64,000 nucleotides of DNA. Source: Deinococcus sp. (GTDB taxonomy: Bacteria; Deinococcota; Deinococci; Deinococcales; Deinococcaceae). The stretch's first letter is position 1, and every line of letters begins with the position of its first letter. Position numbers and translations under genes: made by a program. The DNA lies in assembly GCA_965261005.1 (NCBI GenBank), contig OZ253375.1, forward strand, positions 2,816,001 through 2,880,000, written 5' to 3'. Below are positions 14,618-30,861 of the stretch, in pieces. Under the pieces are notes generated by a model. It was not told the origin of the DNA, ran no database searches, and saw only the letters and a list, made by a program, of their open reading frames with translations.

Positions 14618-14746
14618 GTGAAGAGAGTAGAGCGTGGAAGGTGGCGCGTGGAGGACGTGGTCACGATTGCCGCACACGCCTTTGTCTTCGCTTAATCACC
14701 TAATTTGAGCCCACGCTATCTATGTTTTATGTTACCCGTAACTGCT

Positions 14747-15022
14747 TACGGCCCCTTCGAGCGCAACACCAGCAACGGCGGCGCGGCGGCCGGTGATGGC
14801 AAATCCCTCACCCTGAACGGCACGGTGTACAAGATTGGTCTGGGCGTCCACGCCGCGTCCGAGCTGGTCTACCCCTTGGGCGGCCAGTGCAAGGTCTTCA
14901 CGGCGTCCGTCGGCGTGGACGACGAGGTGGGCGACAATGGCAGCGTCGTCTTCCAGGTCTTCGCCGACGGGACCAAGCTGTTCGACAGCGGCAAGATGAC
15001 CGGAGCGAGCGCAACCCAGAAC
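14747..15022 (+). pseudogene. Fragment encoding an NPCBM/NEW2 carbohydrate-binding domain
   Basis: YGPFERNTSNG...GLGVHAASELVY...VGVDDEV...FQVFADG; no clear start, cut off by an IS end. Confidence 0.7.
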
Positions 15023-15212
15023 GTATGTGATGAGCGGGTGTTCTGCTGCTGGCGGTGGTTGAGCAAGATTTGGAAGGGGTCGTGACCGGCGAGGCGTGCG
15101 GTCTGGGTGAGCGACTTGAAGATGGCGTAGGCTTCGCTGCCCCCGGTCGTCTTGCTGCACTGCGAGACCTTGCGCGCGATCACCGCCGGTCGCAAGGCCC
15201 GTTCCGCTGCTT
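15023..15212 (-). mobile_element. IS66-family transposase 3' remnant with probable right end
   Basis: AAERALRPAVIARKVSQCSK resembles the TnpC C-terminus; GTA-starting end at 15023 (inferred). Confidence 0.7.
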
Positions 15213-15240
15213 ATTTATAAGGCGAGCAGCACCCTCACTT

Positions 15241-16230
15241 TTAATTGCTCAAGAACCGCCCGCCCTCTTCCTCGCGGTGGTACGGCAAGCCCAAGTGGTC
15301 GTAGGCGTGCGCCGTCACGACCCGGCCCCTGGGGGTGCGCTTGAGAAAGCCGAGTTGGATCAGGTACGGCTCGTAGACGTCCTCAATGGTGTTGGCGTCC
15401 TCGGAAAGGGCCGTCGCCAGGGTGTCCACGCCCACCGGCCCGCCCGCGAAGCGGTGGACCATCGCTTCGAGCAGCTTGATGTCGCGCTCGTCCAGGCCCG
15501 CCGAGTCGAGGCCCAGCTTGTCGAGGGCGTCGTGGGCGCGTGGAAGCGAGATGCCCGTCTCGCCCGCCACCTCGGCGTAGTCGCGCACCCGGCGCAGCCA
15601 CCGCTTGGCGATGCGCATGGTGCCGCGCGACCGGGCGCCGATCTCCAGCGCGGCGTCCTCGTTCAGGCCGTAGCCGGTCAGGCGCGCGTCGCGCAGCAGG
15701 CCGGTCGCCAGCTCCTCCGGCGTGTAGTACTCCAAATGTTCGATGATGCCGAAGCGCGAGCGCATGGGGGCCGTGATCAAACCGGGGCGGGTGGTCGCGC
15801 CAACCAAGGTGAAGCGCGGAATCGGCAGCTCGATGGTCCGCGCCGCCGGCCCCTGGCCCAGCACGATGTCCAGCTTGAAGTCCTCCATCGCGGGGTAGAG
15901 GTGCTCCTCGGCCACCCGGCCCAGGCGGTGAATCTCGTCTATAAAGAGCACGTCGCCCTCTTCGAGCGAGTTGGTCAGAATGGCCGCCAGGTCGCCGGGC
16001 TTCTCGATGGCCGGGCCGGAGGTGACCCGGACGTTCACGCCCATTTCGTGGGCGATGATGTGCGCCAGGGTGGTCTTGCCGAGGCCGGGCGGCCCGAACA
16101 GCAGCGTGTGGTCGAGGGCCTCGGCGCGCCGCTTGGCTGCCATCAGGTACACCGAGAGCTTTTCCTTGAGGCGCGCTTGCCCCACGTAGTCGCTCAGCGT
16201 CTTGGGCCGCAGCGTCAGGTCGCTTTCCAT
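15241..16230 (-). CDS. ruvB: Holliday junction helicase RuvB (alternative start 16239)
   Basis: [28 protein letters not shown] motifs. Confidence 0.97.
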   Translation of the reverse strand: MESDLTLRPKTLSDYVGQARLKEKLSVYLMAAKRRAEALDHTLLFGPPGLGKTTLAHIIAHEMGVNVRVTSGPAIEKPGDLAAILTNSLEEGDVLFIDEIHRLGRVAEEHLYPAMEDFKLDIVLGQGPAARTIELPIPRFTLVGATTRPGLITAPMRSRFGIIEHLEYYTPEELATGLLRDARLTGYGLNEDAALEIGARSRGTMRIAKRWLRRVRDYAEVAGETGISLPRAHDALDKLGLDSAGLDERDIKLLEAMVHRFAGGPVGVDTLATALSEDANTIEDVYEPYLIQLGFLKRTPRGRVVTAHAYDHLGLPYHREEEGGRFLSN

Positions 16231-16240
16231 GTCCGTCATA

Positions 16241-16257
16241 TTACGCTATTTACGAAA
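16241..16257. promoter_or_regulatory. RDRM (DdrO operator) upstream of ruvB
   Basis: 17 bp imperfect palindrome TTACGC-TATTT-ACGAAA overlapping the TAATAT -10 box. Confidence 0.75.
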
Positions 16258-16281
16258 TGAGGGCGAGGGGGAAGGGCGCTA

Positions 16282-16710
16282 TCAGAGCATATTCGGCGCC
16301 GAGATGACTGTCAGGCTTCGGACACCTGCGAAGTCGGCGGCGTTGTGGGTGACGAGGGGGCACCCCAGGGCGAGGGCGGTGGCGGCGATCCAGGCGTCGG
16401 CGGGGTCAATGCGTTTGCCTGCGTGTGAAGCGCCAACTCGAACGGCGGCCCACTGGGCACACAAGGGCGGGTCGCCGTACACGATGTTGAAGGGTGCGAC
16501 GAAGTTCAGCAGGGCTTGTGTTCTACGTGCCCCCCAGCGGTTCTTCAGGGACCACTCGCTCAGTTCGCCCAGCGTTTGAAAGGAGACAATGCCCTCGTAC
16601 CCGCCAATCAGGCGGGCGTAACTGGGGCCAAGGCCGTGGCCTTTGAAAATGTAGCTGATAACGTTGGTGTCAACGACGATTTTCTGTCCTAGTGAATAGC
16701 CAGGAATCAC
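16282..16710 (-). CDS. PIN-domain (VapC-like) toxin
   Basis: VVDTNV...GEL...DAWIAATA...LVTHNAADF; GTGA overlap with the partner gene. Confidence 0.9.
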   Translation of the reverse strand: MIPGYSLGQKIVVDTNVISYIFKGHGLGPSYARLIGGYEGIVSFQTLGELSEWSLKNRWGARRTQALLNFVAPFNIVYGDPPLCAQWAAVRVGASHAGKRIDPADAWIAATALALGCPLVTHNAADFAGVRSLTVISAPNML

Positions 16711-17159
16711 GCGGACTTGCTTTCCATCGCCTCCATCAAGCGCCGCTCCCGTTCCTCTTGACCTACGATTGCACGGGCACGACGTTCCGCCTTTTCCGCT
16801 GCGTATTCGTCCCAAAAGCGGTCGTTCTCGGCGCGCTCTTCGTCAGTCCAGTCAGGAACCAAGGCGAGAAGTTCTTTGACGTCCAAGGGCTTGATGTTCG
16901 CCACCTGGGCGAGCAGGTCGGGATTAATGTCCGCTTGCTGTTCGCGCCTGAGTACGTCTCTCACGGTCATGGGCGCTCCTGTGATCTCTTCCAGCCCCGA
17001 CAGCAGCTTGTCCAGCGTTTCCAGCGTGACGGCCTTGGTCTTGCCGTTCACGATGTCGTAGACCGTGTTTTTTGACAGGCTGCTGGCCCTCGCGAGGGCG
17101 GGCGGTTTTTTACTGTACTTGCGCAACGTTTCCGCCAGGGTCCAATGGGTGCGGGTCAT
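16707..17159 (-). CDS. Cro/C1-type HTH protein, probable antitoxin
   Basis: N-terminal HTH (LARASSLSKNTVYDIVNGK), acidic C-terminus, coupled to the PIN gene. Confidence 0.75.
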   Translation of the reverse strand: MTRTHWTLAETLRKYSKKPPALARASSLSKNTVYDIVNGKTKAVTLETLDKLLSGLEEITGAPMTVRDVLRREQQADINPDLLAQVANIKPLDVKELLALVPDWTDEERAENDRFWDEYAAEKAERRARAIVGQEERERRLMEAMESKSA

Positions 17160-17235
17160 TGGGATACATTACCAGGGGAGTGGGAAGAAGGGGGAGGCCA
17201 GCATATCCATCTCTATAGAGAGCTTCGAGCGAGCG

Positions 17236-18435
17236 TTGAGCATCATCGAGGTGTGCCAAGAGAGCCTGTGGCCCGGCTTCGTTCCCGCTCGCACGCCCTT
17301 CCTGGCCTACGACGGGTAGAACACCTTTCTCTTCAACACGCGCCCCATCGAGCCGGGGTGGCGAGAGGGCGCAAAGATGTGGGTGTATCCGGGCCGCCAC
17401 CCGGGGGTTACGGCGAACACGGCCGTTCGGTTGGACGAAGAAACCCTTGCGGCCGGCCTACTGCTCGACACGTTCCCCGGCTCGACGAGCCTGATGGACC
17501 TCGCCGCACTCTCCGTTCACGAGGCGTTTCACGTGTACCAAGGGCACACGCCGTCTCCCGCTTGGAACGCCGACGAATTTGACGTGTTCACCTATCCGTT
17601 GACTGACCCCGAGCTGCTGGCCGCGCGAGCGATGGAGACGCGGGCTTTAGGGCGGGCGCTCGCCACAGAGAGCGGCTGGGAGCGTGAGGCTGCTGCCGCC
17701 CTCGCTTGGCGAGACGCGAGATTTGCGCGCCTCGGCCCCGAACATGTCCGGTACGAACAGGCTATGGAGCGCTTGGAGGGGCTGGCCCACTACGTCGAGC
17801 TGCGCTTCAAGCGGGCCTCGCCAGCCTTTCCGCCCACGGACTTTGCGGCCGAGCAGGTTCGGCAGCGCGCCTACGCCACGGGGGCGGCCTACGCCTTCTT
17901 GCTTGACCGCCTGGAAAGCGACTGGAAAGCGCGGGTAATCCATGAAGGTGCGGCGCTGGACGGCTTGCTGCGCGAGGCCGTAACGACTCACCCGACCGAA
18001 CTTGCCGCGTCAGGACACGTTCTGGAGTGGGCGCGCGGGGAATCGGCACGCCTCTTGACTCTGAGGCGGCAGTCGTTGCACGATTTCGAGCGGCAAGTGG
18101 GGGAACGCCTGATCTTGAGGTCGGGCCTGCCCCTGTTGCCCCAGGGCTTCGATCCGCTCAACATGCTCTTTCTGGGCGATGGCGCGGTGTTGCACCGCCG
18201 CTTCCTGCGCTTCGGCAGCGCCGCCGTGCGGGGTGAGGTGCTGGGGCGCGCGTGCCTGACCTTTTCGAGCGGCGAGCACCCGCTGACGTCGGGCTTTCGA
18301 GAAGTGCAGCTCGTCGGGGTTTCGGATGTGCGGGTGACGGCTGAGGGTTTGACCGCCGTCGGGGATGGTCTGTCTCTACAGGTTCAGGGCGGACAAGTAC
18401 ACCGCCTTGAAGACGGCTGGCTCTGCGAGGTGTAG
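17236..18435 (+). pseudogene. Hypothetical protein with an in-frame TAG at 17317-17319; start uncertain
   Basis: LWPGFVPARTPFLAYDG*NTFLF... is in frame with the 352 aa ORF, which has HEAFH and EGLAHY (zincin-like) motifs. Confidence 0.55.
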
Positions 18436-18452
18436 GCGCGGCGGAGAAACCG

Positions 18453-18746
18453 TCACCCTTCCCTCGGCAGCCGCACCACCTCCAAATCCGTGACCACATA
18501 CATCCCTAGCAATTCTTGTTGCTCGCTTCTACTCGGCATCTTGCCCAGATGCTCGGGGGCAATGGCCGGGTGAAGCTGTTCGCACACAAGGGCGATGGCG
18601 GCCTCGGCCCCCTTGGAGGCGTCGAGGCTCTTCAGGTAGAGTTCCAGCGCCCGAATCACCGCGTCCGTCCTTCTCTGACCCGTGGCCGCCACCACCTGAT
18701 CGAGCAAGTCGGCCGCCGCCGTGTTCTTGATGTTGATCTGCCGCAT
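18453..18746 (-). CDS. VapB-like (Rv0623-type) antitoxin with no adjacent toxin
   Basis: MRQINIKN...ATGQRRTDAVIRAL pattern. Confidence 0.65.
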   Translation of the reverse strand: MRQINIKNTAAADLLDQVVAATGQRRTDAVIRALELYLKSLDASKGAEAAIALVCEQLHPAIAPEHLGKMPSRSEQQELLGMYVVTDLEVVRLPREG

Positions 18747-18836
18747 GGAGGTCAGTCTAGCGCTTTTCTATAGTTTTTCGGTTCATAGCTAGAAAACGGC
18801 CGAGGACTCGCCCCGGCCGCTTCTCACCCCAACTTC

Positions 18837-21260
<2,424 letters not shown>

Positions 21261-21274
21261 GTTCTTCCTTTCCT

Positions 21275-22375
21275 TTACTGGTTCCCGATTGTGACCGAGG
21301 AGACCTTGCTCCAGTAATCGGCCTGTGGCGGCAGCTTGAGCGTTCTCAGATAAGCGGCGAGGTCGTCGAGGTCCTGATCGGTCAGCTTGCCTTTGTATGA
21401 GGGCATCAGGCTGCCCGGCTTCTCACCCGGCGAGTTGAGAATCCAGGGCTTGAGTTCGGCGCGGGCGGCGGCGCCTTCCCACATGCCGGCGCCGAGGGTG
21501 TTGCGCGAGCCGAAAAAGCTGAGGTCGGGTCCGGCCTGCCCGGCGGCCGGGGTGCCCTGGATACGGTGGCAGCCCGCGCAATTGGCCGAGCCGTTTTTGC
21601 CCTTGAGAAAAATCTGGTAGCCGCGCTGCTCGCTGGCCGTTGTTGGGGCGGGCGCTTTGTAGGCGCGGGCCGCCGCCGTGAAGGCGTTCCAGTCGGCGGG
21701 TTTCAGCACGACCACCTTGAAGCGCATGTTGGCGTGCGACGGGCCACACAGCTGTGAGCAGTTCCCTTGATACGCGCCCGGCTGGCTGGTGTCCACCGTC
21801 CACAGCTTTTTGACGCCGGGAATGGCCGCGCGTTGAGGACCCAAGTTGGGCGCCCAAAAGCCGTGGATCACGTCGCGCGCCGTGGTCTCGACGCCGATGG
21901 GCTGCCCGGCCGGCACGACCATCTCGTTGCCATTGGCGAAGTTGCCCAGGGTCGGGTAGGTGAAGTTCCACCAAAACTGCGCGCCCAGGGCGTCCACCCG
22001 CACGGTGTTGGGCGGTACCGGGTTGGTGCGCGCCATGGTCCTGACCGTCAGCACCGCGAGGACGGTCACGATGGCCAGGGGCACGGCGATCAGCGAAATC
22101 TCCAGAACGTTGTTGCCGTGAAACTGGGCCGGCTCATGCGTGTCGCCGGGGCGCTCGCGAAACTTGTACACGCTGTAGAAGATGGCCCAAGCCGTCGCGG
22201 CGAAGATCAGCACCGACATCACGATGGCCGGAATGCTCATCCACCAGATTTCGCGGTTGTAGCGTGAGCTGAAGTCGCCCATGAAGAGAAAGCTGCGTGA
22301 GGTGGATTCCTGGGCGGAAGCCGCGCCGGCGGCGAGCAGCGCGAGGGCGAGTGGGCGACAGAAGAACTTCAACAT
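21275..22375 (-). CDS. ctaC: Cytochrome c oxidase subunit II with fused cytochrome c
   Basis: [19 protein letters not shown]uA site, CAGCH heme motif. Confidence 0.93.
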   Translation of the reverse strand: MLKFFCRPLALALLAAGAASAQESTSRSFLFMGDFSSRYNREIWWMSIPAIVMSVLIFAATAWAIFYSVYKFRERPGDTHEPAQFHGNNVLEISLIAVPLAIVTVLAVLTVRTMARTNPVPPNTVRVDALGAQFWWNFTYPTLGNFANGNEMVVPAGQPIGVETTARDVIHGFWAPNLGPQRAAIPGVKKLWTVDTSQPGAYQGNCSQLCGPSHANMRFKVVVLKPADWNAFTAAARAYKAPAPTTASEQRGYQIFLKGKNGSANCAGCHRIQGTPAAGQAGPDLSFFGSRNTLGAGMWEGAAARAELKPWILNSPGEKPGSLMPSYKGKLTDQDLDDLAAYLRTLKLPPQADYWSKVSSVTIGNQ

Positions 22376-22446
22376 GACCCCTTTCTAACGCAACGTGCAC
22401 ACGAGGATAAGGTACGAATGCCTTGCCGGGAAGCGCCCCTCAACCC

Positions 22447-23327
<881 letters not shown>

Positions 23328-23331
<4 letters not shown>

Positions 23332-24326
23332 GCCGCCACCCCGTTCAGACGGGCGACCCGCCCGCGCGCCGCCAAAAAGGCGAAGCACAGCCGCACCGTC
23401 ACCAGCCACATCAGGCAGGCCAGCAACAGGTGCGTCAGCTGCATCCAGTTGGGCGCGCGCAGGGCGACGTTCAGGAAGCCCGCCAGCATTTGCGCCGCGA
23501 TCACGCCGACCAGGATCAGGCTCCAGCGCCCCCCTTCTCGGGAGGGCCGCGCCTTTTGCGCCCAGTTGGCGAACACCAGCAGGTAGCCGCTCACAAAGAG
23601 GGCGAGCAGGGGATGAACGACCCGCAAGCGCTCGATGATGCCCGCCGTCGCGGCGAAGTCGCCCCGCACCGTCTCCAAGCCGACCGCCCCCTCCGGCCGG
23701 AACAGCAAGTCGCCCAGCGCGGTCACGGCGCCGGCCATGCCCAGCAGCAGCATGCCGGCCACGGCCACGGCCACGGCCCAGCCGAGAGCACCCTGCCCGC
23801 CCCAGCGAATGCTCGGCGCCCCCGAGGCCCACAAGGCCGTCAGCAGCAGCGCGGCCATTAGCGCGAAGGTGTTGGCGAGGTGCAGCCCCTGCACGAAGCC
23901 GCGCGCCGGGTCGGTGGAGCTGGCCGTCAGGCCCAGCAACACCTGCACGCCGCCGATCAGGCCCTCGAACACGATCAAACCCAGCGAGAGTACGGCGCCG
24001 AAACGCACCGGGTCACCCTTCGGGCGGCGCCACAGCACCCAGACCGCCAGGCCCAGCGCCAGCATCCCCGACAAGCCGCTGGTCAGGCGGTGGCTGAGCT
24101 CAATGACGGTGTGCAGCGTGGGCGAGGGCGGCAGCGCCACGCCGTTGCACAGCGGCCAGTGGCTGCCGCAGCCCGCCCCCGACCCCGAGACGCGCACGTA
24201 GGCGCCCCACAAGATGACCAGGACGTTGTAGGCCAGCGCCGCCCAAGCGAGGGTGGCCAGCGAGAGGCCCCGGCCGCCCGTCTGTTTCCCGTCCACCGAT
24301 CTGATCTGCGCCCTCGTTCCCCTCAC
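23328..24326 (-). CDS. ctaA: Heme A synthase (COX15/CtaA family)
   Basis: [20 protein letters not shown] motifs; start uncertain. Confidence 0.88.
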
Positions 24327-24531
24327 TCTTCAGCCCCCAGTTCCCGGCTCATCCTTCACCCGGGCCAAACGTTCACTCAAGTTCGACGTTCGCCCGCCCA
24401 TAGGACCGAAGCCTCCGCCTCCCGCGCCCGTGCCGCGCGTCAGTGTAGCGCCATACTAGGGCCGCCCACGGCCGCCCCTGAGTACATTTGTCCCCGCGCC
24501 AGGACGCAAAAAAACGCACTACAATGCAAAA

Positions 24532-25029
<498 letters not shown>

Positions 25030-25067
25030 GGCCGCGCTTCGGGCAGATATTGGTACCAGAGTCCGTG

Positions 25068-26501
25068 TCAGTTGAGGGTGCGCTGGCTCCCGCCATGCAG
25101 CGCGCGCTCGGCACGCTCCACGTAGTCACTCAGGGTGGCGTACCACTCGTCGCTGCGGTCGGTGTGTTCGAGGGCGAGGCTGGCGTGCTGGTGGATGATG
25201 GCCGGCTCGCGAAATCCTTGCTGGGCGAGCACGTCGGCGGCCATCTGGTGCGCCGTGACCCACTCGGGTGAGCCGGGCGCCGCCTCCTCGATCACGCGCT
25301 GGTAGTGTTCGAGCGCCTCGTCGAGGTGATAGTAGTCGAGCGCCACGCTGCCGAGCACCAAGCTGGCGGGCACGGTGGCCCCCTGCGCCAGAGCCTGCTG
25401 CGCACTGGCCTCCGCCTCTTGTAAGCGCCCGAGGCGGTACTCGGCCTCGGCGAGGTCGGCGTGAACTTCGGGCAGGTAGGGGTAGTCGGGATAGGCGAGC
25501 GTCTCCAGCAGGCGCTCGCGCGCCTCCAGCGGCCGGTCCTGGTCCAGGTAGGCCACGCCCATCTCGTGCAGGGCGTAGGCACGCTCGGTTGGGTTCGAGA
25601 GCCGCAACGACTCCTCGAAGTGCCGCATGGCCTCGTCGAAGCGCGTGAGGGCCACCAGCACCTGACCCCACACCAGTTCCACCCCGGAACTGGGGTCGCC
25701 ATGCCGCCGCTCCAAGCGGCCCGCCTCGGTGATGGCCGTGAGCGCCGCCCCGCTGTCGCCCAGCGCCAGCTCGGCTTGGGCCAACAGGTAGTGCCACGCG
25801 GCCAAGTGCAGGCCCTCGTCCGCGTCCCCGCTGGCCTTGCCGGTGTACTCGCCGCGGGCACGCTCCAGGACGCGCCTCGCTTCCTCGGCGCGCTCCATTT
25901 GCAAGAGGACGGCTGCCTGCTCTTGCAGCATGATGGCGCGGTTGAGCTGGCTGGCGAGGTGGGCCGCCTCGGCGTAGAGGTCGGCCGCCCCTTGGTGGTG
26001 GCCGAGCTGCTCCTCGCAGTCGGCTTGCCACGACCTGAGGCGCCAGCGCAGGTGAGGCGGCACGTCGCTCGCGGCCGGGGCCGTGTTCAGCGCCTGCTCG
26101 GGCCGCTCGGCCATGCTCAGCGCCACCAGCAGGTGGTAGCGTGCCAGCGCCTCCTCGCCGGGCAGCTGAAGCAGCCTGGGCGCGCGAACCGCCGAGTTGG
26201 CCAACTCGGCGGCTTGTTCGGGCTGTTCGCGCGCCATCAGCTCGGCGCGCAGGGCGCGCTGCAAGGCGTCCTCGCGCAGCGCCGGATCCAAACGTGCCGC
26301 CTCGGTGAGGGCTTGCCGGGCGTCCTCCGCTCCCGCGTCCCCATACAAGCTGTGCATGCTGGCGGCCAACACCGACAAGCGCGCCCGGCCACGCTTGTCG
26401 GTTTCGCCGTAAGCGCCGTCCAGAACGGCATAAGCCGACTCAAAGTCCTCATGCTCGAGGGCGCGCGCAATTTGCTGCCAGGTTGTCGAGAGCTGAATCA
26501 T
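25068..26501 (-). CDS. TPR-repeat protein
   Basis: Repeated helical A/L/E-rich TPR-like units. Confidence 0.8.
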   Translation of the reverse strand: MIQLSTTWQQIARALEHEDFESAYAVLDGAYGETDKRGRARLSVLAASMHSLYGDAGAEDARQALTEAARLDPALREDALQRALRAELMAREQPEQAAELANSAVRAPRLLQLPGEEALARYHLLVALSMAERPEQALNTAPAASDVPPHLRWRLRSWQADCEEQLGHHQGAADLYAEAAHLASQLNRAIMLQEQAAVLLQMERAEEARRVLERARGEYTGKASGDADEGLHLAAWHYLLAQAELALGDSGAALTAITEAGRLERRHGDPSSGVELVWGQVLVALTRFDEAMRHFEESLRLSNPTERAYALHEMGVAYLDQDRPLEARERLLETLAYPDYPYLPEVHADLAEAEYRLGRLQEAEASAQQALAQGATVPASLVLGSVALDYYHLDEALEHYQRVIEEAAPGSPEWVTAHQMAADVLAQQGFREPAIIHQHASLALEHTDRSDEWYATLSDYVERAERALHGGSQRTLN

Positions 26502-26686
26502 GTTCAGGGCGCCAGCATACCGCTTATCGGAAGGACGCGCAGAGGGCGAATACCCGAACGGGCGGGCCGCCCCGACCGGCGAAGACGTACCGCTTATCTG
26601 GAGGACACGCAGAAGACGAACGCACGAACGGTCGGGCCGTCCCTGAGCGTCATATCCCACCTGTAACGTAAGCCACGCCCCCTCAC

Positions 26687-26707
26687 CTTGAGTCTGGTAC
26701 ACTCAAG
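26687..26707. promoter_or_regulatory. HspR operator (HAIR) upstream of ftsH
   Basis: Exact CTTGAGT-N7-ACTCAAG. Confidence 0.88.
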
Positions 26708-26849
26708 TATCGCGCCTTTGCCAAGCTCTAAAGGTGCGCCCAGCGGCAAGTTATTCGGTGTCTGAGGTCTTCGCGCACAGTGACTTACATAGTAGAGTAG
26801 CTTACACAGTGGGTTACTCGGAGCGCAGCATCCGATTGGAGGACGTAAC

Positions 26850-28709
<1,860 letters not shown>

Positions 28710-28856
28710 AGAAGAAAGCGTAAGCGTATCGGCAGATCCCACGGGGTCTGCTTTTTTTCTTGTTGGGGTTCCGTCCCCACAGGGCGCTACACTCTGAACG
28801 TTATCCCAAGCTACAGACCGCCGTCGGGCTTGGGAAGCTTTCGAGAGGGGGAACGT

Positions 28857-29657
28857 TTGAACGCCAAAGTGATCGTCGTGACGTCCGGCAAGGGGGGTGT
28901 GGGCAAAACGACCACCACCGCCAACATCGGCGCGGGGCTGGCTAGGTTGGGCGAAAAGGTCGTCGTGATTGACGTGGATGTGGGCCTCAGGAACCTCGAC
29001 GTGGTGATGGGCTTGGAGAGCCGGGTCGTGTTCGACCTGATCGACGTGATCGAGGGCAAGTGCCGTTTGCGCCAAGCCCTCATTCGTGACAAGCGCGCCG
29101 AAAATTTGTACCTGCTGCCGGCCTCGCAGACGCGCGACAAGGACGCCCTCGACGCCGACAAGATGGGCACGGCCATTCGCGCGCTGCTCGATGAGGAGGG
29201 CTTTGAGCGGGTGTTGGTGGACTCGCCCGCCGGCATCGAGAGCGGCTTCAAGACCGCCGCCGCCCACGCCGAGGGCGCCCTGGTGGTCGTGAATCCCGAG
29301 GTGTCGAGCGTGCGCGACGCCGACCGCATCATCGGCCTGCTGGAGGCCCAGCAGGTGCGCGAGATTCGCCTGGTCATCAACCGCCTGCGGCCCAAAATGG
29401 TCGCCAGCGGCAACATGCTCTCCGAAGCGGACATCCTCGACATCCTGGGCGTCAAGCCCATCGGCATCATTCCCGAGGACGAGAACATTTTGGTGTCCAC
29501 CAACGTGGGCGAGCCGGCGGTGCTGGGCAGCTCGCGCGCCGGTCAAGCTTTTCTCAACACCGCCCGCCGCGTTCACGGCGAGGACGTGCCGTTTATGAAA
29601 ATGGAGGAGGACCGCGGCTTTCTGGCGGCCCTCAAGCGGCTGTTCGGGGGCGCCTGA
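28857..29657 (+). CDS. minD: Septum site-determining protein MinD
   Basis: SGKGGVGKTT, DVGLRNLD, DSPAGIE, C-terminal amphipathic helix. Confidence 0.96.
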   Translation: MNAKVIVVTSGKGGVGKTTTTANIGAGLARLGEKVVVIDVDVGLRNLDVVMGLESRVVFDLIDVIEGKCRLRQALIRDKRAENLYLLPASQTRDKDALDADKMGTAIRALLDEEGFERVLVDSPAGIESGFKTAAAHAEGALVVVNPEVSSVRDADRIIGLLEAQQVREIRLVINRLRPKMVASGNMLSEADILDILGVKPIGIIPEDENILVSTNVGEPAVLGSSRAGQAFLNTARRVHGEDVPFMKMEEDRGFLAALKRLFGGA

Positions 29658-29893
29658 TGTTTTGGGGCCGCAACAAGCGCAGCAAGGAAACCCTCAAGGA
29701 CCGCTTGGAGCTGGTGCTGGCCTACGACCGCGCCCAGATTCCCCCCGGTAAGGTGGACGCGCTGCGGCGCGACCTGATGGAGGTGGTGGAGCGCTACTTT
29801 CCGTCGGAAGGGCACGTGGGGCCGCAGGTCGAGGTCGAGCAGCGCGGCGACACGGTGGTCTTGGTCGCCAACATCCCGCTGGGCAAGCCTTGA
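29657..29893 (+). CDS. minE: Cell division topological specificity factor MinE
   Basis: KDRLELVLAYDR motif, directly after minD. Confidence 0.93.
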   Translation: MFWGRNKRSKETLKDRLELVLAYDRAQIPPGKVDALRRDLMEVVERYFPSEGHVGPQVEVEQRGDTVVLVANIPLGKP

Positions 29894-30861
29894 CCGAGCA
29901 AGATGTGACCGAGCAAGATGTGACCGGGCAAGCTGTGACCGGGCAAGCTGTGACTGGGCAACCCCCGGTTCTCGGCGCCGTCACCGGGCCGCTGTCCCAG
30001 CTGAGGCGGCCCCTCGGCGTCTTCGATTCGGGGGTGGGCGGCCTGACGGTGCTGCGCGCCCTGCGCGCGGCCATGCCAGAGCGCGACTTCATCTACCTGG
30101 CCGATACCGCCCGCGTGCCCTACGGCCGCAAGCCGCGCGAGATGGTGGCCGGCTTCGCCCGGGAAATTGCCAGTTTTTTGGTTGAACTCGGCGCGCACGG
30201 CGTGGTGGTGGCCTGCAACACGGCCGCCTCCGCCGCGCCGGACCTGAGCCTCAGCGTTCCCGTCTGGAACGTGGTCGGCCCCGGCGTGGAGGCCGCGCGC
30301 CGCCGCACCAAGAGCGGGCGGGTCGGCGTGATCGCCACGCGCGGCACGGTGGCGAGCGGCGCGTATCAGGACCGCCTGACGGCTCTAGGGCTGGACGTCT
30401 GGGCGGCGGCCTGCCCCATGTTCGTGCCGCTGGTGGAGGAGGGCTTGTCCGACTCCGCCGAGGCGCGCTCGCTGGCCCAGCTGTACCTGGCGAATCGCCC
30501 CGACCTCGACACCCTGATCTTGGGGTGCACCCACTACCCGGCGCTGCGCGGGGTCATTGCGGAAACCGTGGGGCCGGACGTGACCCTGGTGGACAGTGCC
30601 GAGGTGACGGCCGAAAGGGTGTTCGCGGGGACGGCCCCGGTGGGCGGAAGCGGGCGGACGCTGCACTTGGTCACCGGGGACGTCGCCGCCTACCAGCACA
30701 CCGCCTCGCTGCTGGGCGTCCGCTTCACCCCGGAGTTGGACGGCTGGAGCGACCAAGTGAGCGATCAGGTGAGCGATCAGGTGAGCGATCAGGTCGTTCA
30801 CCTCGACGTGCTGGCGCTGTCCGGGAACGGTTTGGCTGGGAGGCCGCATGCTGCGCGCTGA
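29890..30861 (+). CDS. murI: Glutamate racemase (with tandem-repeat extensions)
   Basis: FDSGVGG, PYG, ACNTA, GCTHY motifs. Confidence 0.94.
   Translation: MTEQDVTEQDVTGQAVTGQAVTGQPPVLGAVTGPLSQLRRPLGVFDSGVGGLTVLRALRAAMPERDFIYLADTARVPYGRKPREMVAGFAREIASFLVELGAHGVVVACNTAASAAPDLSLSVPVWNVVGPGVEAARRRTKSGRVGVIATRGTVASGAYQDRLTALGLDVWAAACPMFVPLVEEGLSDSAEARSLAQLYLANRPDLDTLILGCTHYPALRGVIAETVGPDVTLVDSAEVTAERVFAGTAPVGGSGRTLHLVTGDVAAYQHTASLLGVRFTPELDGWSDQVSDQVSDQVSDQVVHLDVLALSGNGLAGRPHAAR
29891..29961 (+). repeat. 15 bp tandem repeat, about 4.7 copies (TGACCGRGCAAGMTG)
   Basis: Read directly at the minE/murI junction. Confidence 0.9.
30748..30795 (+). repeat. 12 bp tandem repeat x4 (AGCGATCAGGTG; SDQV)
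   Basis: Read directly in the 3' end of murI. Confidence 0.9.

Noticed and set aside
29891..29961. CRISPR-like array (also considered for 59480-59528)
   Set aside because: Contiguous short tandem units without unique spacers; no cas genes
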